A DNA stretch of 64,000 nucleotides from Zootoca vivipara. Lineage: Eukaryota. The DNA lies in contig NC_083277.1 in assembly GCF_963506605.1 (NCBI RefSeq), positions 8,060,001 through 8,124,000 on the forward strand. Reading direction: 5' to 3'. Below, piece by piece: positions 38,310 to 50,116 of this stretch (the stretch's first letter is position 1; each line of letters opens with the position of its first letter). The notes below the pieces were generated by a model. The model made no database searches and was not told the DNA's origin. It saw only the letters and a program-made list of their open reading frames with translations. A program made the translations under genes and the position numbers.

Positions 38310-38436
38310 GTGGTTTACCAGCAGGAGATGCCTGTGAATCTCCTTGAAGCTAATCAGCCTCCTTCAGAGACAGGAGAGGAGCAGCCTGGTCAAGCAGAGG
38401 TCAAGCAGGAGGGCAACAGGGTTGGCAGCTGCACGG
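38310..38436 (+). CDS. ZNF-D coding exon 2 (127-nt exon in the KRAB-A position)
   Basis: Acceptor TTTTTCCAG, donor G|GTAGGT, open frame VVYQQEMPVNLLEANQPPSETGEEQ..., phase 0 to 1. Confidence 0.75.
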
Positions 38437-39055
38437 GTAGGTTGAATTTTCCAGCTTTCAAATCCCCCCAAAATGAGGGGTGCTAAAAAGTTGTAACATG
38501 ACTTGGGGCTTCAAAAGATATTTTGGTGGGATTAATATAATTCAGTTTTGATTCCTCCGCGAAATGTCTGTAAAACTGCATAGAAATTACTCATCACGAT
38601 TGCCAAGTACTTGCAGATTTATTATATATTAATATTCTTTTTATAATTTATATCATTTAGCGTTGCGTGGCATTTTCAACCAGATTTCCTGCGATTGTTC
38701 CTGAGATCAAGGAGGAGGTTTCCATCTATGTTTACAGACCACTGGGTGCCATTTTGATTCAAGATGACACCACAAACGTTTCATAACTGCACTGATTTTA
38801 ACACATGGTTTAAAAATGGAAGAGATTTTATATGTTTCTTTGTAAGAATCCCTGAGCAGCCCTGCATAGGAGGCTACTCACAGGAAACAGTTTGCCAAAT
38901 GGACCTCTCTTAGTTCTTTGAAGGCCACCCTGTTTAGGGAAGTTTTTAATGTTCGATGTTTTATAGTGTTTTTAATATTCTGTTGGGAGCCACCCAGAGT
39001 GGCTGGGGAAACACAGCCAGATGGGTGGGGTATAAAAAATAAATTATTCTATTAA

Positions 39056-39096
<41 letters not shown>

Positions 39097-39104
39097 GCTC
39101 CCAG

Positions 39105-40111
39105 GTGACGGACAGATGAGAGAAATGGAGGATTCACAAGTGGAAATTGCAGAGCCGGTGGAGCTGCCAGACAAGGGGGAAGGAAAGTGTCCCCTACCAA
39201 CAACAGAGGAAGAGGAAGATGCTCCTTCGACGCAGCCTGGACCCAAGAGGAAGTTGGGAAAGGGCCCAGAGGAGAGTGTCGCTTGCGGAGAAGCCTCTGC
39301 CCACCTTGGCGAACCCGCAAACCAGCCAAAATCCCCCCGAGGCAAGCGGGAGACGACCTGCGGCGTTTGCGGGAAGAGCTTCAGCCGCCGCACGGGCCTG
39401 CTGGCCCACGAGAGGGTGCACACAGGAGAGAAGCCCTACAAGTGCCCGCACTGCGGGCGCAGCTTCCGCTCCAAGTCCACCCTGGTGGTTCACCAGAGGA
39501 CCCACACAGGCGAGAAGCCCTACCAGTGCCAGGCCTGCGGGAAGAGTTTCCCGGTGACCACGCAGCTCATCGAGCACGAGAGGACCCACTCGGGGGAGAA
39601 GCCCTACCAGTGCGCCGAGTGCGGGCAGAGTTTCCGCCAGCGCTCGCACCTCAAGAACCACCAGAAGATCCACACTGGCCTCAAACCCTTCAAGTGCTCG
39701 TACTGCGGCAAGGGCTTCAGCATCAGTTCGGACCTCATCCGGCACGAGAGGGCCCACACGGGAGAGAAGCCCTACCAGTGCCCGGACTGCGGGAAGCGCT
39801 TCTGCAACAGCTCGCAGGTCATCACGCACCGCCGGGTCCACACCGGGGAGAAGCCCTACAAGTGCCTGGAGTGCGGGAAAGGCTTCGCCGTCAGCCAGCA
39901 GCTCATCCGGCACCAGGCGGTCCACACGGGGGAGAAGCCCTACCAGTGCCTGGAGTGCGGGAAGACTTTTGGCGTCAGCACCCTCCTGGCCGGGCACCTG
40001 AGGATCCACACGGGGGAGAAACCGTACCAGTGCTCCGAGTGCGCGAAGTGCTTCCGCCTCCGCTCGACGCTCATCACACACCTGAAAATCCACGCGGCGA
40101 GAAAAACTTAG
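39105..40111 (+). CDS. ZNF-D coding exon 3: 9 C2H2 zinc fingers
   Basis: Fingers mostly TGEKP-linked. Acceptor CTCCCAG in phase 1. Stop TAG at 40109-40111. Confidence 0.95.
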
Positions 40112-40174
40112 GACCGGAAGGGGAAGGTCAAGAAGGAGAGAGAGGGAGTTTGTGTAAAGAGGAAATCAATGCTA

Positions 40175-40558
40175 GGTAAAAAGGTAAAGGACCCCTGGAC
40201 GGGAAAGTCCAGTCAAAGGCGACTATGGGGTTGCAGCGCTCCTCTCGCTTTCAGGCCGAGGGAGCCAGCATTTGACCGCAGACAGCTTTCCGGGTCATGT
40301 GGCCAGCAGGACTAAACCGCTTCTGGCGCAATGGGACACCGTGACGGAAACAAGAGTGCACGGAAATACCGTTTACCTTCCCGCTAGAGCGGTACCTATT
40401 TATCTACTTGCACTTGTGTGCTTTTGAAATGCTAGGTTGGCAGGAGCTGGGACAGAGCAATGGGAGCTCACCCCATCACAGGGATTCAAACTGCTGACCT
40501 TCCGATCAGCAAGCCCAAGAGGCTCAGTGGTTTAGATCACAGCACCACCCACATATCC
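40175..40558 (-). mobile_element. Sauria SINE in the ZNF-D 3' region
   Basis: ACCTTT-type tail (GGTAAAAAGGTAAAGG on +), TSD AATCAATGCTA. Confidence 0.85.
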
Positions 40559-43500
40559 AATCAATGCTAAGGAGGGCATGGAAATAATATGTCAACAGGA
40601 GGCTCTGGCTACATTCACAACCTTTAACAATAAGGTGTTGGGCTCTCCTTCCTTGGAGGTTTTTAAGCAGAGGTTGGATGGTCATCTGTTATGGATAATC
40701 TAGTTGAGATTCCTGCATTGCAGGGGGCTGGACTAGAGGACCCTTGGGGTCCCTTTCCAACTAGTTCTGTGATGCTGTGATCCCAGGGTGGTATACAACA
40801 TTAAGGACACATTTTGCGGAGCATCAATAATAAAAGCATAATGAAGGCATAATAAGAGACAGTAGAAAAATAAAATGATCATAATAGTGGTCCCCCCACA
40901 ACAGCTTTAACAGTCCATAGGTTACTTAATGGCTAAAGGCCTGGCTAAAGAGGAATGTGTTTCTTGGTGCCTAAAGACATGGAATGATGGCACCTAGCGA
41001 GCCTTTCTAGGGAGAGCATTCCACAATTGGGGAGCCACCACAAAAAAGGCCCCTTCTTGTGTTGCCACCCTCTGAGTCTCTTGGGGAGGGGGACAAAGAG
41101 AAGGCACTGTGCTACCACATTACACAGTCATGACTCCCCCCAATACTTGTGGTTAATGTCATTTTTTAAGATGGCTGACAGTTGTTGGGAGAGACCCCTT
41201 TTCCTTTCACAGTGCTACCACACCCAGTGAAGAGGGATTTTGGGGGGAGTAAGGGTTGTTCATTTTGTTTTATGATGTACTGTATATAAAACAGAGAGAA
41301 CGGTTGTAACGGCAGACAAAACTTAAAAGAGGAAAATAAAAGCTGTAAAATAGGCACATGGGTTGAAATAACAAAAGTCCCTGTGAAGGGGGGTTGACTG
41401 TTAAACCATGGGAAATTGTAGCTCTGTGAGTGGGACCAAGGGCCTACTGACAAATCAAGGGTATCCTTAAAAGAAGCACAACTCCCAGAATTATTTGGGG
41501 GAAGCCATTATTGCTTGAAGTGCTATCGTAGCACTTTAAACGTATGGGGTGTGTGTGGCTGCTGACCTACCGATTTAAGACTTCGAAATGTCAAAAGCGC
41601 TTCTCGTACAGTACCCTAGTTTGCACGTCGCATGAAGCCAAGCCACACAGGCTCCCAGAGATGCTTCACTCCTCGCCCAGTAATTTGCCGCTGTGCTGAG
41701 CTAAGCTTGGCTTGGCATGTCCCCCAAACCAGGGGTCATGGTTGAACTAGCCATGGTTCAGATGAATCATGATTTGGCCTGTGGTTTGCGGCTTTTAGTT
41801 TGGACAAGCTAGACCCACAAGCCCAGGTTGGGATGGAGTGCTAAGCTAAGCTACGGCTTACAATCATAGAATCCTAGAGCTGGAAGGAACCCCGAGGGTC
41901 CTCTAGTCCAGCCCCCTGCAATGCCGGAATCTCAACTAAAGCATCCATGGCAGACGGCCATCCAACCTCTGCTTGGATCAAACAGGACAAGGAAAGTGGC
42001 CACAATCTCCTCTCCCAGAGGAGCTAATCCAGTGTTTCCCCAACTTGAGTCTCCACCTGTTTTGGGACTACGATTCCCATCAGCCCCGACCACCCCCGTC
42101 CCTTATCACAGCTGGAGGGGCACATTTAGATCCTTCTGAACTACAACTCCCATCAGCCCCAGCAAGCATTACCAGTGGCCAGGGATGATGGAAGTTGTAG
42201 TTCAGCAATATCTAAGCATGTGGTTTGAACCTCGGGATTTCCTTATCCACTGCGGATTCCTTAGCGTTGTGCTCTGACTTTTGAGGAAGGCTGAAGGAGT
42301 ATTTGTGCAAGGAGATCCTTTGAAGAGCTACTGAGTAAGGAACGGAATAATATTGCTTGGAAGGTGGTAACTGGGCCATGGGTGTTTGTTTGTGTGGATA
42401 TTCAGCGCTTTAACATTTGACCCGTAGTGCAAATGGAAAAAACCACCAAGGAGGCAACCTGTAGGCAAATCGAGCCCAAGAGGGATGTTCAGCAAACCCT
42501 TCTTTCCAAATAAATAAGCTCCAAACCTTCCGTCTCGTGTTTTCTGTCTAGGTTGTGTGCTTCAGGGGGTGGGTGGGGGCAACCTTTTACGGGTCACGGC
42601 CCACCCAAAAAGGGCCTTGTGTTAGGCGAGGCGAAAAGCGAGGGGCCATTGTTTTCCCCCTCCTGCTGCCACCCCCTTTTATCTCTCCCTTTCTTTGACA
42701 GTTATGAGGGTGTGTAGGGAGCGAGCTTCTGATGGAGCTTTTGAAATTATTATTATTATTATTAACAATTGAACTGGATGGCCCTTGTGGTCTCTTCCAA
42801 CTCTATGATTCTACCTGCCCTTCACACCACGACCCCAGAGGGGGTTACAACCATTATTATAATAATAATAATATAAATATAATATAATATAAATTTATTT
42901 ATAATAATATAAATTTATTATTTATACCCCGCCCATCTGGCTGGGTTTCCCCAGCCATTCTGGGCGGCTTCCAACAAAATATTAAAATACAGTGGTCTGT
43001 TAAACATTAAAAGCTTCCCTTTATTGATTAAAACGCAATATCACAAACAGTTCAATAAACCCTTTTATCTCTCCCTTGCTTTGACAGTCATGAGGGTGTG
43101 TAGGGAGCGAGCTTCTGATGGGACTTTTGAAATTACTGTATTATTATTGACAATTTATTACCTGCCCTTCTCACCAAGATTCCAGGGAGGGTTACAACCA
43201 TTCAAATGCAATATCAAAAACAGTTCAAAACAAGTTACAAAAATAAGATGGGTCTTTAAAATATACAGGCGCCAAAAGCCAGGGTAAAAAGGTGTGTCTT
43301 CAGCCTTCACCAAAATTAGGTCTCTAGAAGGATCATTGACACAGACGGTGGGAGGACAAACATATGGCCCTCCAGCAGTTGCTGAACTACATCTCTCATC
43401 ACCCATTGGCCATGCTGGCTGCGGCCAATGGGAATTGTAGTTCAGCAGCATCTAGAGGACGAAAGGTTGGACATCCTTTTAAGGTGGGGGAGCCATGTAC

Positions 43501-43932
43501 TTTAGGTGGGTGGGTCTCAAAGGGGTGGGTAGAGTGCTGGCGGATAAGCCCCCTTTCTCCTTTGTCTTTACCCCTTCTCCCCCTCCTCACCAACATGAAA
43601 CGAAGCTGAGGGCTGCATCAAAATGGACTGAGGGCCACTTGATTATTATTTTTTAAATGGATTTCTTCCCACGAGGTGTTCCTTACATTCAATGTAAGAA
43701 ATGAAATATAAGAGATAGTGTAATAGGTACGAGGATTTTTGATACTAATTCTTTGTAATTATCTTTGTTAATAACTGAACATAATTTGGTAAAGAGTAGA
43801 GAAGTCCTTTTCCATCGGAAGGAGAAAAGAACAGAGGCCAACCAGAGAATATTGAGAAGCAACGCAGATAGTAAGCCTGATCTTTATTGAACTGTTGCAA
43901 CAGGGTTACAGGCAATGCAGAAATCTCTAGCC

Positions 43933-44068
43933 CAGGCATCCCCAAACTGCGGCCCTCCGGATGTTTTGGCCTACAACTCCCATGATCCCTTGCTTACAGG
44001 ACCAGTGGTCAGGGGTGATGGGAACTGTAGTCCAAAACATCTGGAGGGCCGAAGTTTGGGGATGCCTG
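43933..44068. mobile_element. 136-bp hAT MITE (unit 1 only)
   Basis: TIRs, TSD CTCTAGCC, empty site near 60415. Confidence 0.9.
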
Positions 44069-44451
44069 CTCTAGCCCAATGTTGGACTTGAACCCGTGAT
44101 CCTGTGATTAAGAGTCTCATGCTCTACCCTCTCAGGAAAAGCCTCCTGTCTATTACCCTGGAGAGCTGCTGCCAGTCCTTGTTGACCACACTGAACTAGG
44201 TGGAGGATGATAATGATGATTTATTTATACCTGGGCAGTGCGGGCATATGCTCCACCACTGGATGGGAATTGTAGTCTGAAGCAAACAGAGGGCACCAGG
44301 TTGGCAATTCTGAAAGCGTCTGTTTCAATCTTGCCAGCATGCTACAAACGAATTACGGTAAATTAGAAGTAGCAACCAGATTTTTAGGAGTTATCTTCAC
44401 GGAATCAAGTCCCGTTTGCTAAATCAGAACTCCCGTCCATTTCTCCAATTC

Positions 44452-44672
44452 AAAAGTGAAAAGGAAGCATTTGAATGAAAATGTTACAGTTATGAATAGT
44501 AAGCTAGGTGTATGTGTGTTTGTTTGTAATGAAAAACATGGGAAACAATCCAGAAGCATTCGCTGCTCCTTGAGAAAACATTCAGCAGCTGCAAACGCCT
44601 GGGGACATTTTTTTAAAAAAAAGAGAGGATAAAGGACACGTGATCACTGAGTCATTTCCGGAAAAGGAAACC
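44452..44672 (+). promoter_or_regulatory. TRIM copy 1 putative promoter: IRF-E-like, E-box, AP-1, ISRE
   Basis: AAAAGTGAAAAGG at 44452, CACGTG at 44637, TGAGTCA at 44648, GAAAAGGAAAC at 44661. Confidence 0.55.
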
Positions 44673-44730
44673 CTCAGTGGCTGAAAACTGGGAAGGCGGA
44701 ACTTAACTCGGTTTTTGGCACGAGGGAGGC

Positions 44731-45162
44731 ATGGCTGCTGCAAGGGGTCACATCCAGCGTCTATGTGATGAAGCCACGTGCTGCATCTGCCGGGATTATT
44801 TCAAGGATCCAGTGACCAGCCCAGAGTGTGGGCACAACTTCTGCCGATCCTGCCTGATCTATTGCTGGGGGAGATCGGAGGCAGAGGTTTCCTGCCCTCA
44901 GTGCAGAAAAGCAGTTCTGAGAAGGAGCCTTATCCGCAACCGGCAACTGGCTAACGTGGTAGAAATAGCCAAGAATCTCTGCCTTCAAGCGGGAAAGGAG
45001 GAAGGGGAAAAATGGAGGTGGAGAATCTGCGAAGATCACCAGGAGCCCCTGAAGCTCTTCTGCATAGTCCACGAAGACCCCATCTGCGTGGTGTGTGACA
45101 AATCAAAGGAACATGAAAATCACAAGGTGATTCCTCTGGAGGAGGCTTTCGAGGAATACAAG
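44731..45162 (+). CDS. TRIM copy 1 exon 1 (RING C3HC4 + B-box 2); TRIM27/RFP- or TRIM39-like E3 ligase, 483 aa over 7 coding exons ending at 54025
   Basis: LCDEATCCICRDYFKDPV...CGHNFCRSC...CPQC (RING) and CEDHQEPLKLFC...ICVVC...HENH (B-box). Donor AAG|GTAGGA. Confidence 0.92.
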
Positions 45163-45530
45163 GTAGGAGATCCCTGGATCTTGATGTGGAGAAATAGCTG
45201 TAGATTCTTCTTGGGAGGTTTTATTTTTAATTCTCAGGTCCAAAGCAGACATGGCATGAATTGGTGGTGGTTTATTATGTAAAAGGCAGCCAAGGGGAAG
45301 CCTGAGGGTTCCTGGATTGACTGAGAGGAGGGAGTTGAAGTCTTTCTGCCAAGGGGACAAAGGGATCTCTCTCCATGCCCCTGAGTAGCATCTGCAAAGA
45401 CTAAGTAGAAGTCTGTAAGCAGGGGGGGAAACTGGGTCCCTGAGCCCCATAGGGGTGCCACAGAAAAAAGGTAGCTGATCCAGGGAGTCATGGACACAAA
45501 AAGGTTGAAAACCTCTGGACTTTTATTTCC

Positions 45531-45890
45531 TCATTACCAAACTTAAAACCATGCAGAGATCTGGCCTGAATAGAGACATTGGATTCTTATCTCATTATAC
45601 ATGATAAAGCTGTTTTTAGCCATCTCACCCCTTGCTTTTTCCTGCAAGACCAATTGCAGTCGTTAACAGTCCTCAACAGGTTTGCCACACCTATCAGCCA
45701 ATCACCCATTCCCACCACCCTTCTGAGTAATACCCCTCCCCATCCTCTCACTATATATAAGGGTCCGGTGACTTCTGTTTCAGTGTATCTGAAGAAGTGT
45801 GCATGCACACAAAAGCTCATACCAATGACAAACTTAGTTGGTTGGTATCTAAGGTGCTAATGGAATGAATTTTTTTACTTTGTTTCGACT
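45531..45890 (+). mobile_element. Penelope-like element 3' fragment in TRIM copy 1 intron 1
   Basis: Encodes ...ITKLKTMQRSGLNRDIGFLSHYT* (end of a Penelope-type ORF), then the CTGAAGAAGTGTGCATGCACAC tail. Absent from copy 2. Confidence 0.7.
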
Positions 45891-46013
45891 CCAGTAAAGT
45901 ACAGTACTTTGCTATTACACTATAGCAAGGCCACTGGTCGCAAGAAACCAGCATACTATTCATCTTGTCTCTGTGTGTCTTAATCAAACTTGAGTTTTCC
46001 CTTTTCTCTTTAG

Positions 46014-46109
46014 GGAGAGATCTGTCGCCGCCTGGAGATTCTGAGGGGAGAGAGAGAGGAAATTCTGGCCTATCAAGCAGACCTGGACAGAAAGAGCAAA
46101 TACATCCTT
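46014..46109 (+). CDS. TRIM copy 1 exon 2 (coiled coil, 96 nt)
   Basis: Bounded by TTTAG and GTAAGT. Length of 96 nt is typical of B30.2-TRIM genes. Frame is open. Confidence 0.85.
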
Positions 46110-47013
46110 GTAAGTGTCACTATTGTTACTAGACAGGGGGAAAGCACTTGAAGAATCGAGTCAGGACTGAGGAGGGTTGGGGAAATCTGCCCATTTCAGC
46201 TTCTCCCCAATTCTCATTTTTCCATATCAGTCTGTTTATTAATGTATTATTCAGAAAATGAATCAGATGTTAGGGTAGCTACCTTCTTGTATAAATATTT
46301 TGATCTGTACTTTACCCTCATGAATACATTTTTTGTGAATATTACCTGGCTGGGTCAACCTTGAAAATATTAGAGGTGTGAATTTCAATGAAATGCAGCT
46401 AGATTGAGTTTATTTCCCCTTGTCATTTATTACGTGAATAGCAGTCAAGGAGAAGCCTGAGGAATTGTGAGCTGAGAAGGTGGAAGCAATTCAATTCAAA
46501 TCATGATTTACCATAAATATTACCAGTACTATAGGATTGTCTTTCTAAAAGTGTGCTTTCTTCATTTTTAGGAAACTCAGGCCATTTTGAACCTTTAAAG
46601 AAAACAGGGGAGCTATGGGGATGAACTCTGCACTTAGTCATCATCCTCCTCTTTCTGTTGCCTTCCTACACCTAAATGGCTCCAGTCTAAACTGAGGGGT
46701 GTTTTATGTCCATTGATGTTCTCTGGACAACTATGAACTCTGGTAATGCCATGCTCCAAAACATGCAGGAAATATCCGTGGCTAGGAAAAAAGCTGCTTG
46801 CTTTTTAGGCAGTAGCCCTCTGCAGAATAGAAGTCAACAGAAAGAGCAATGGAGAGGGCCGTCCCACAGAATAAATGTTTACATCTTTAGCCACTGGAGG
46901 TTTCATGTCTCTGAAAAATCAGAAGTGTCCTCCCTGTGGGAATTCTCACAATTCTCTTCCTGGTGTTTTGAAGGCTGACCATCTTCCACACTCAAACCTC
47001 CCCTTTTTTGCAG

Positions 47014-47244
47014 AAATTAACAGAAACGGAGAGGCTGAAGACTGTGGAGAAGTTCAAAGAACTGCACCAGTTCCCGGAAGAACAGGAAAAACATCGGCTG
47101 AATCATGTGGAAGAGGTGGAGAAGGAGATTGCAAGGAGAAGGGATGAGCAGCTGGCCAGACTCTCCAGGAAACTCTCCTCTCTTGAGAAGATCATACAGG
47201 AGATGGAGGAAAAGAGGCAGCAGCCAGCGAGTGAACTCCTGCAG
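47014..47244 (+). CDS. TRIM copy 1 exon 3 (coiled coil, 231 nt)
   Basis: Bounded by TTTGCAG and GTAAGA. KLTETERLKTVEKFKELHQF...EMEEKRQQPASELLQ. Confidence 0.9.
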
Positions 47245-48060
47245 GTAAGACGGTGGCAGGAACAGCCCAAGGCTCCAGGAAAAGGCTGCCTCCAATCCTT
47301 TCTGTGCCCCTTTCATGTATGCAAGGAGTGCAGGGGCTCAGTTGATGGAGCCTCTAGTCAGGTTTGTAATGGACAGGAAGACCCAAGAGACCTGGGATGC
47401 TTAACTCACCTGAATGCAGACTAGAGATTCTTCTGTGGTCTTGATGGAACTGGAGGTGGTCTTCTGCTCTTTGCTTGTGATTTGTGTCCGAATGCCTTCC
47501 CACTTGGCAACGCTGCCTTCCTTCCCTTGAGGGGCTGGGCTTCGCCAAGGATGCATTCAGGCCTCTTTCCGACATGAGCCAATCTCTTGACCAAGCTTCT
47601 CTTCCCGTTCTCTCCACAACCTCTGGGTTGATCCAATTCCCCATGGATACAGATCGGCCCAAAATGGTGCTCAGTCACAGTGACCAAAGAGCCAGACAGA
47701 GGGATTCATCCAGACTGCTGCTTGTCCCACCCCTTTCCTCCAGGAAAATCCACTGTTTGCTGCTGTTTTAGAGCAAACATCTGCCAGGTTTTCTCCAGAT
47801 TGACGTTTGCTTCGATGTTGCAGTAAGGAGCAGGCTTCTCATGAGGGAAAGTGGCAGGGCAAAGGCAAAACCCTTTGCCCCTGTGTTTTCTGGGCACAGG
47901 AAAAGCAGAAGTGTGGATGAGCCCAAAGAAACACTGAGGTGTTTGGATTTGAAATTTGGGGACTTCTATGGAAGTGCTTTTCCTCCACTCCAGGGTCTGA
48001 GGGGGTCTTCGTAGTGTGGCCTGTGGTGTGCAGTGAATTCCCTTCTCTTTTCCCCTCTAG

Positions 48061-48083
48061 GATGTGAGAAGAACCTTTCAGAG
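48061..48083 (+). CDS. TRIM copy 1 exon 4 (23-nt mini-exon)
   Basis: CCCCTCTAG|GATGTGAGAAGAACCTTTCAGAG|GTAAGT, the usual 23-nt DVR-type TRIM exon. Confidence 0.85.
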
Positions 48084-48894
48084 GTAAGTGGATCTGGCTC
48101 CTTTGCATTACCATCTCTCCATGAGGCCGTGATGCAAGAACCTCAAACATGGCCCTCCAGGGGCTGCAGGGGGGAGACTGTAGGACTCACTCCCTGCAGC
48201 ATCTCACAGGTAAAACAGGCCCCCCTCTTTGGAACTTGTAGCATCCCAATTCTCCCCATGAATTAGCGCTATTTCCTTTGTGAGGTTTGGTTTTACTTTT
48301 GCAATGTGTATAATTTGTTTTGTATTGGCCTGAATGTCCTTTTGATTAATCATTTGATTTGGTTGTGCACCTGTGGAAGATCTGTCTCATCTTCTGCAAA
48401 CATCTGATTCTAGAGCAGAGGTTAGCTAATATATCAAAGCCAGGGATCCATAAGCTCCAGAAACAAATATTTTGAGTTTACTCAAGTGTCACTTAAAGTG
48501 TCACTCATGTTCAGAGTAGAGGTTTTAAGGAACATTTCATGTTTCCCAACAGAAGTGAATCTCTGTTTCTTCCTCACAACTTCTCTGGGGACATCTAGAA
48601 AAAGGAAATGTGTGCTGTGCTGTCCTCACCCTCAGGCAGTTCCTGCCCTTTGATACCATATGATTCTGCTTCTTCTTTGAATAGACATCAGTGGGGAGAC
48701 TCAGAGGCCTGGGGTTGCTGTTTTGGCCCTTGGGGGTCTGGCTGAGGAGTCCGTAGTGAGGAAGAAACTCCCCACTCAGTGCCTGCCTGTCCTTCTAGGC
48801 TTTCCACAACCAGCCTCGTCCTCTCAGCTCCTTTCTTTTCCTTTAACAGAAATTGTGGATTTGAATGGGCTGACATTGTTATTCTTTTCACCAG

Positions 48895-49013
48895 GTATGA
48901 GAAAAGAGAGAGACCAGAGAAGCCACTGCTTTTCTCTCCAGAACTGAGGAACAGGATCTTGGAATCCTGTGAACTAAATCACCTTGTGGAGGATGCAATG
49001 AAACAATGGAAAG
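48895..49013 (+). CDS. TRIM copy 1 exon 5 (119 nt)
   Basis: Bounded by TTTTCACCAG and GTAATG. YEKRERPEKPLLFSPELRNRILE...MKQWK. Phase is consistent. Confidence 0.85.
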
Positions 49014-50083
49014 GTAATGAAAAATGGCTGCCAGGATTTCACACTGAGAATTCCATTTCTACCTTCAGAACTGAACATGCCAGGCTCTTATTGCATGGAA
49101 TTGAGGAACCCCAGGATAGCTTCCTTCTCGGTGCTCCAGCCTTCATTTCCTGTCCCCCAGAATGGTCCATGTACATTGTGACGCTGGAGCTTGTAAAGAA
49201 AGCCTGAACAAGAATGTAGAGCAAAGTCAGGATTGTTTCCACCCATGTGCATCTGTCTTCAGTTATACAGAACCTCCTTTTCCTTTTGGTTACCAGTCTA
49301 CACAATCTGGGGTTGTCCTTTTGGAGGTTCTCCTGCTCTGAATGGAGTCAAAGAGGCATTAAGAAGCCCCCAGTTCCTCCTCTGCTTCCTGCTCAGGCTT
49401 GTTTCTCAGCCGTGGAGCCAAGGCCTGAGCTGTCTCCTCCTCAGACGTCCCCCTGCAGCTGCCATATCTAGGGCTTCATCCTTCAAGAGCTCCTGAGAGT
49501 TCCCACATTGAGAGTGGAAGCAAGAGCACATGAGCCCCAAAGGGCACAATTCTGCTTGTTAACATCCTTAAAGATGTGTAGAAGGTTTGTGAGGAAGGAC
49601 TTGCCTTTGCGTGAGAGCTCTGCCAATCCTTCCTCATCAACCTTCACTTCTCTTTTATATTTCACAGTTATGGCTTTAATAATTTTCCCCACCACGTTAC
49701 TTGGGAAGATGTTAAGGCTGCCTCCATCTCCCCCTCTTTATCCTTTTACAGGATTCCTATTGCCCTGCCTCCCCTCCAGTCCAGGAATGTAGAGCCCAAT
49801 TTCAGGGACAAAGTTCAGAGACCCTCAGGGTTCATGTTGAATGTTTTTATTCTGTTATTTGTAAGCTTGCTTTATGATTGCTGAATTTTAAAGCTTTAGT
49901 TATTTTCATAGATTCTTCCTATGATTTTCTTGTTTTTAATTATTTTTTTGTACAATTTAATTAATACTTAATAATTGTACTTGAATTTAACGATTCCAAG
50001 TTATGAAGTGTTATTTTTGTATGGAGATTTATTTCTGGTGGAAGCGTGTTGCCCTTACACTTTATATCTTTTTGCTTCCTCAG

Positions 50084-50116
50084 ATGCTCTGTTATACAGA
50101 AAACCGATTCAGAAAG
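50084..50116 (+). CDS. TRIM copy 1 exon 6 (33 nt)
   Basis: TTCCTCAG|ATGCTCTG...CAGAAAG|GTAAAT encodes DALLYRKPIQK, phase 1-1. Confidence 0.75.

Noticed and set aside
39187-40179. 330-aa alternative-frame ORF over the ZNF-D finger exon
   Set aside because: Explained by very high GC3. It has a non-ATG start and a low-complexity product.
45163-45282. Read-through of TRIM exon 1 to a stop (VGDPWILMW...WWWFIM*), conserved in both copies
   Set aside because: Conservation is expected from recent duplication, and a good donor lies at 45162. There is no evidence for a short isoform.
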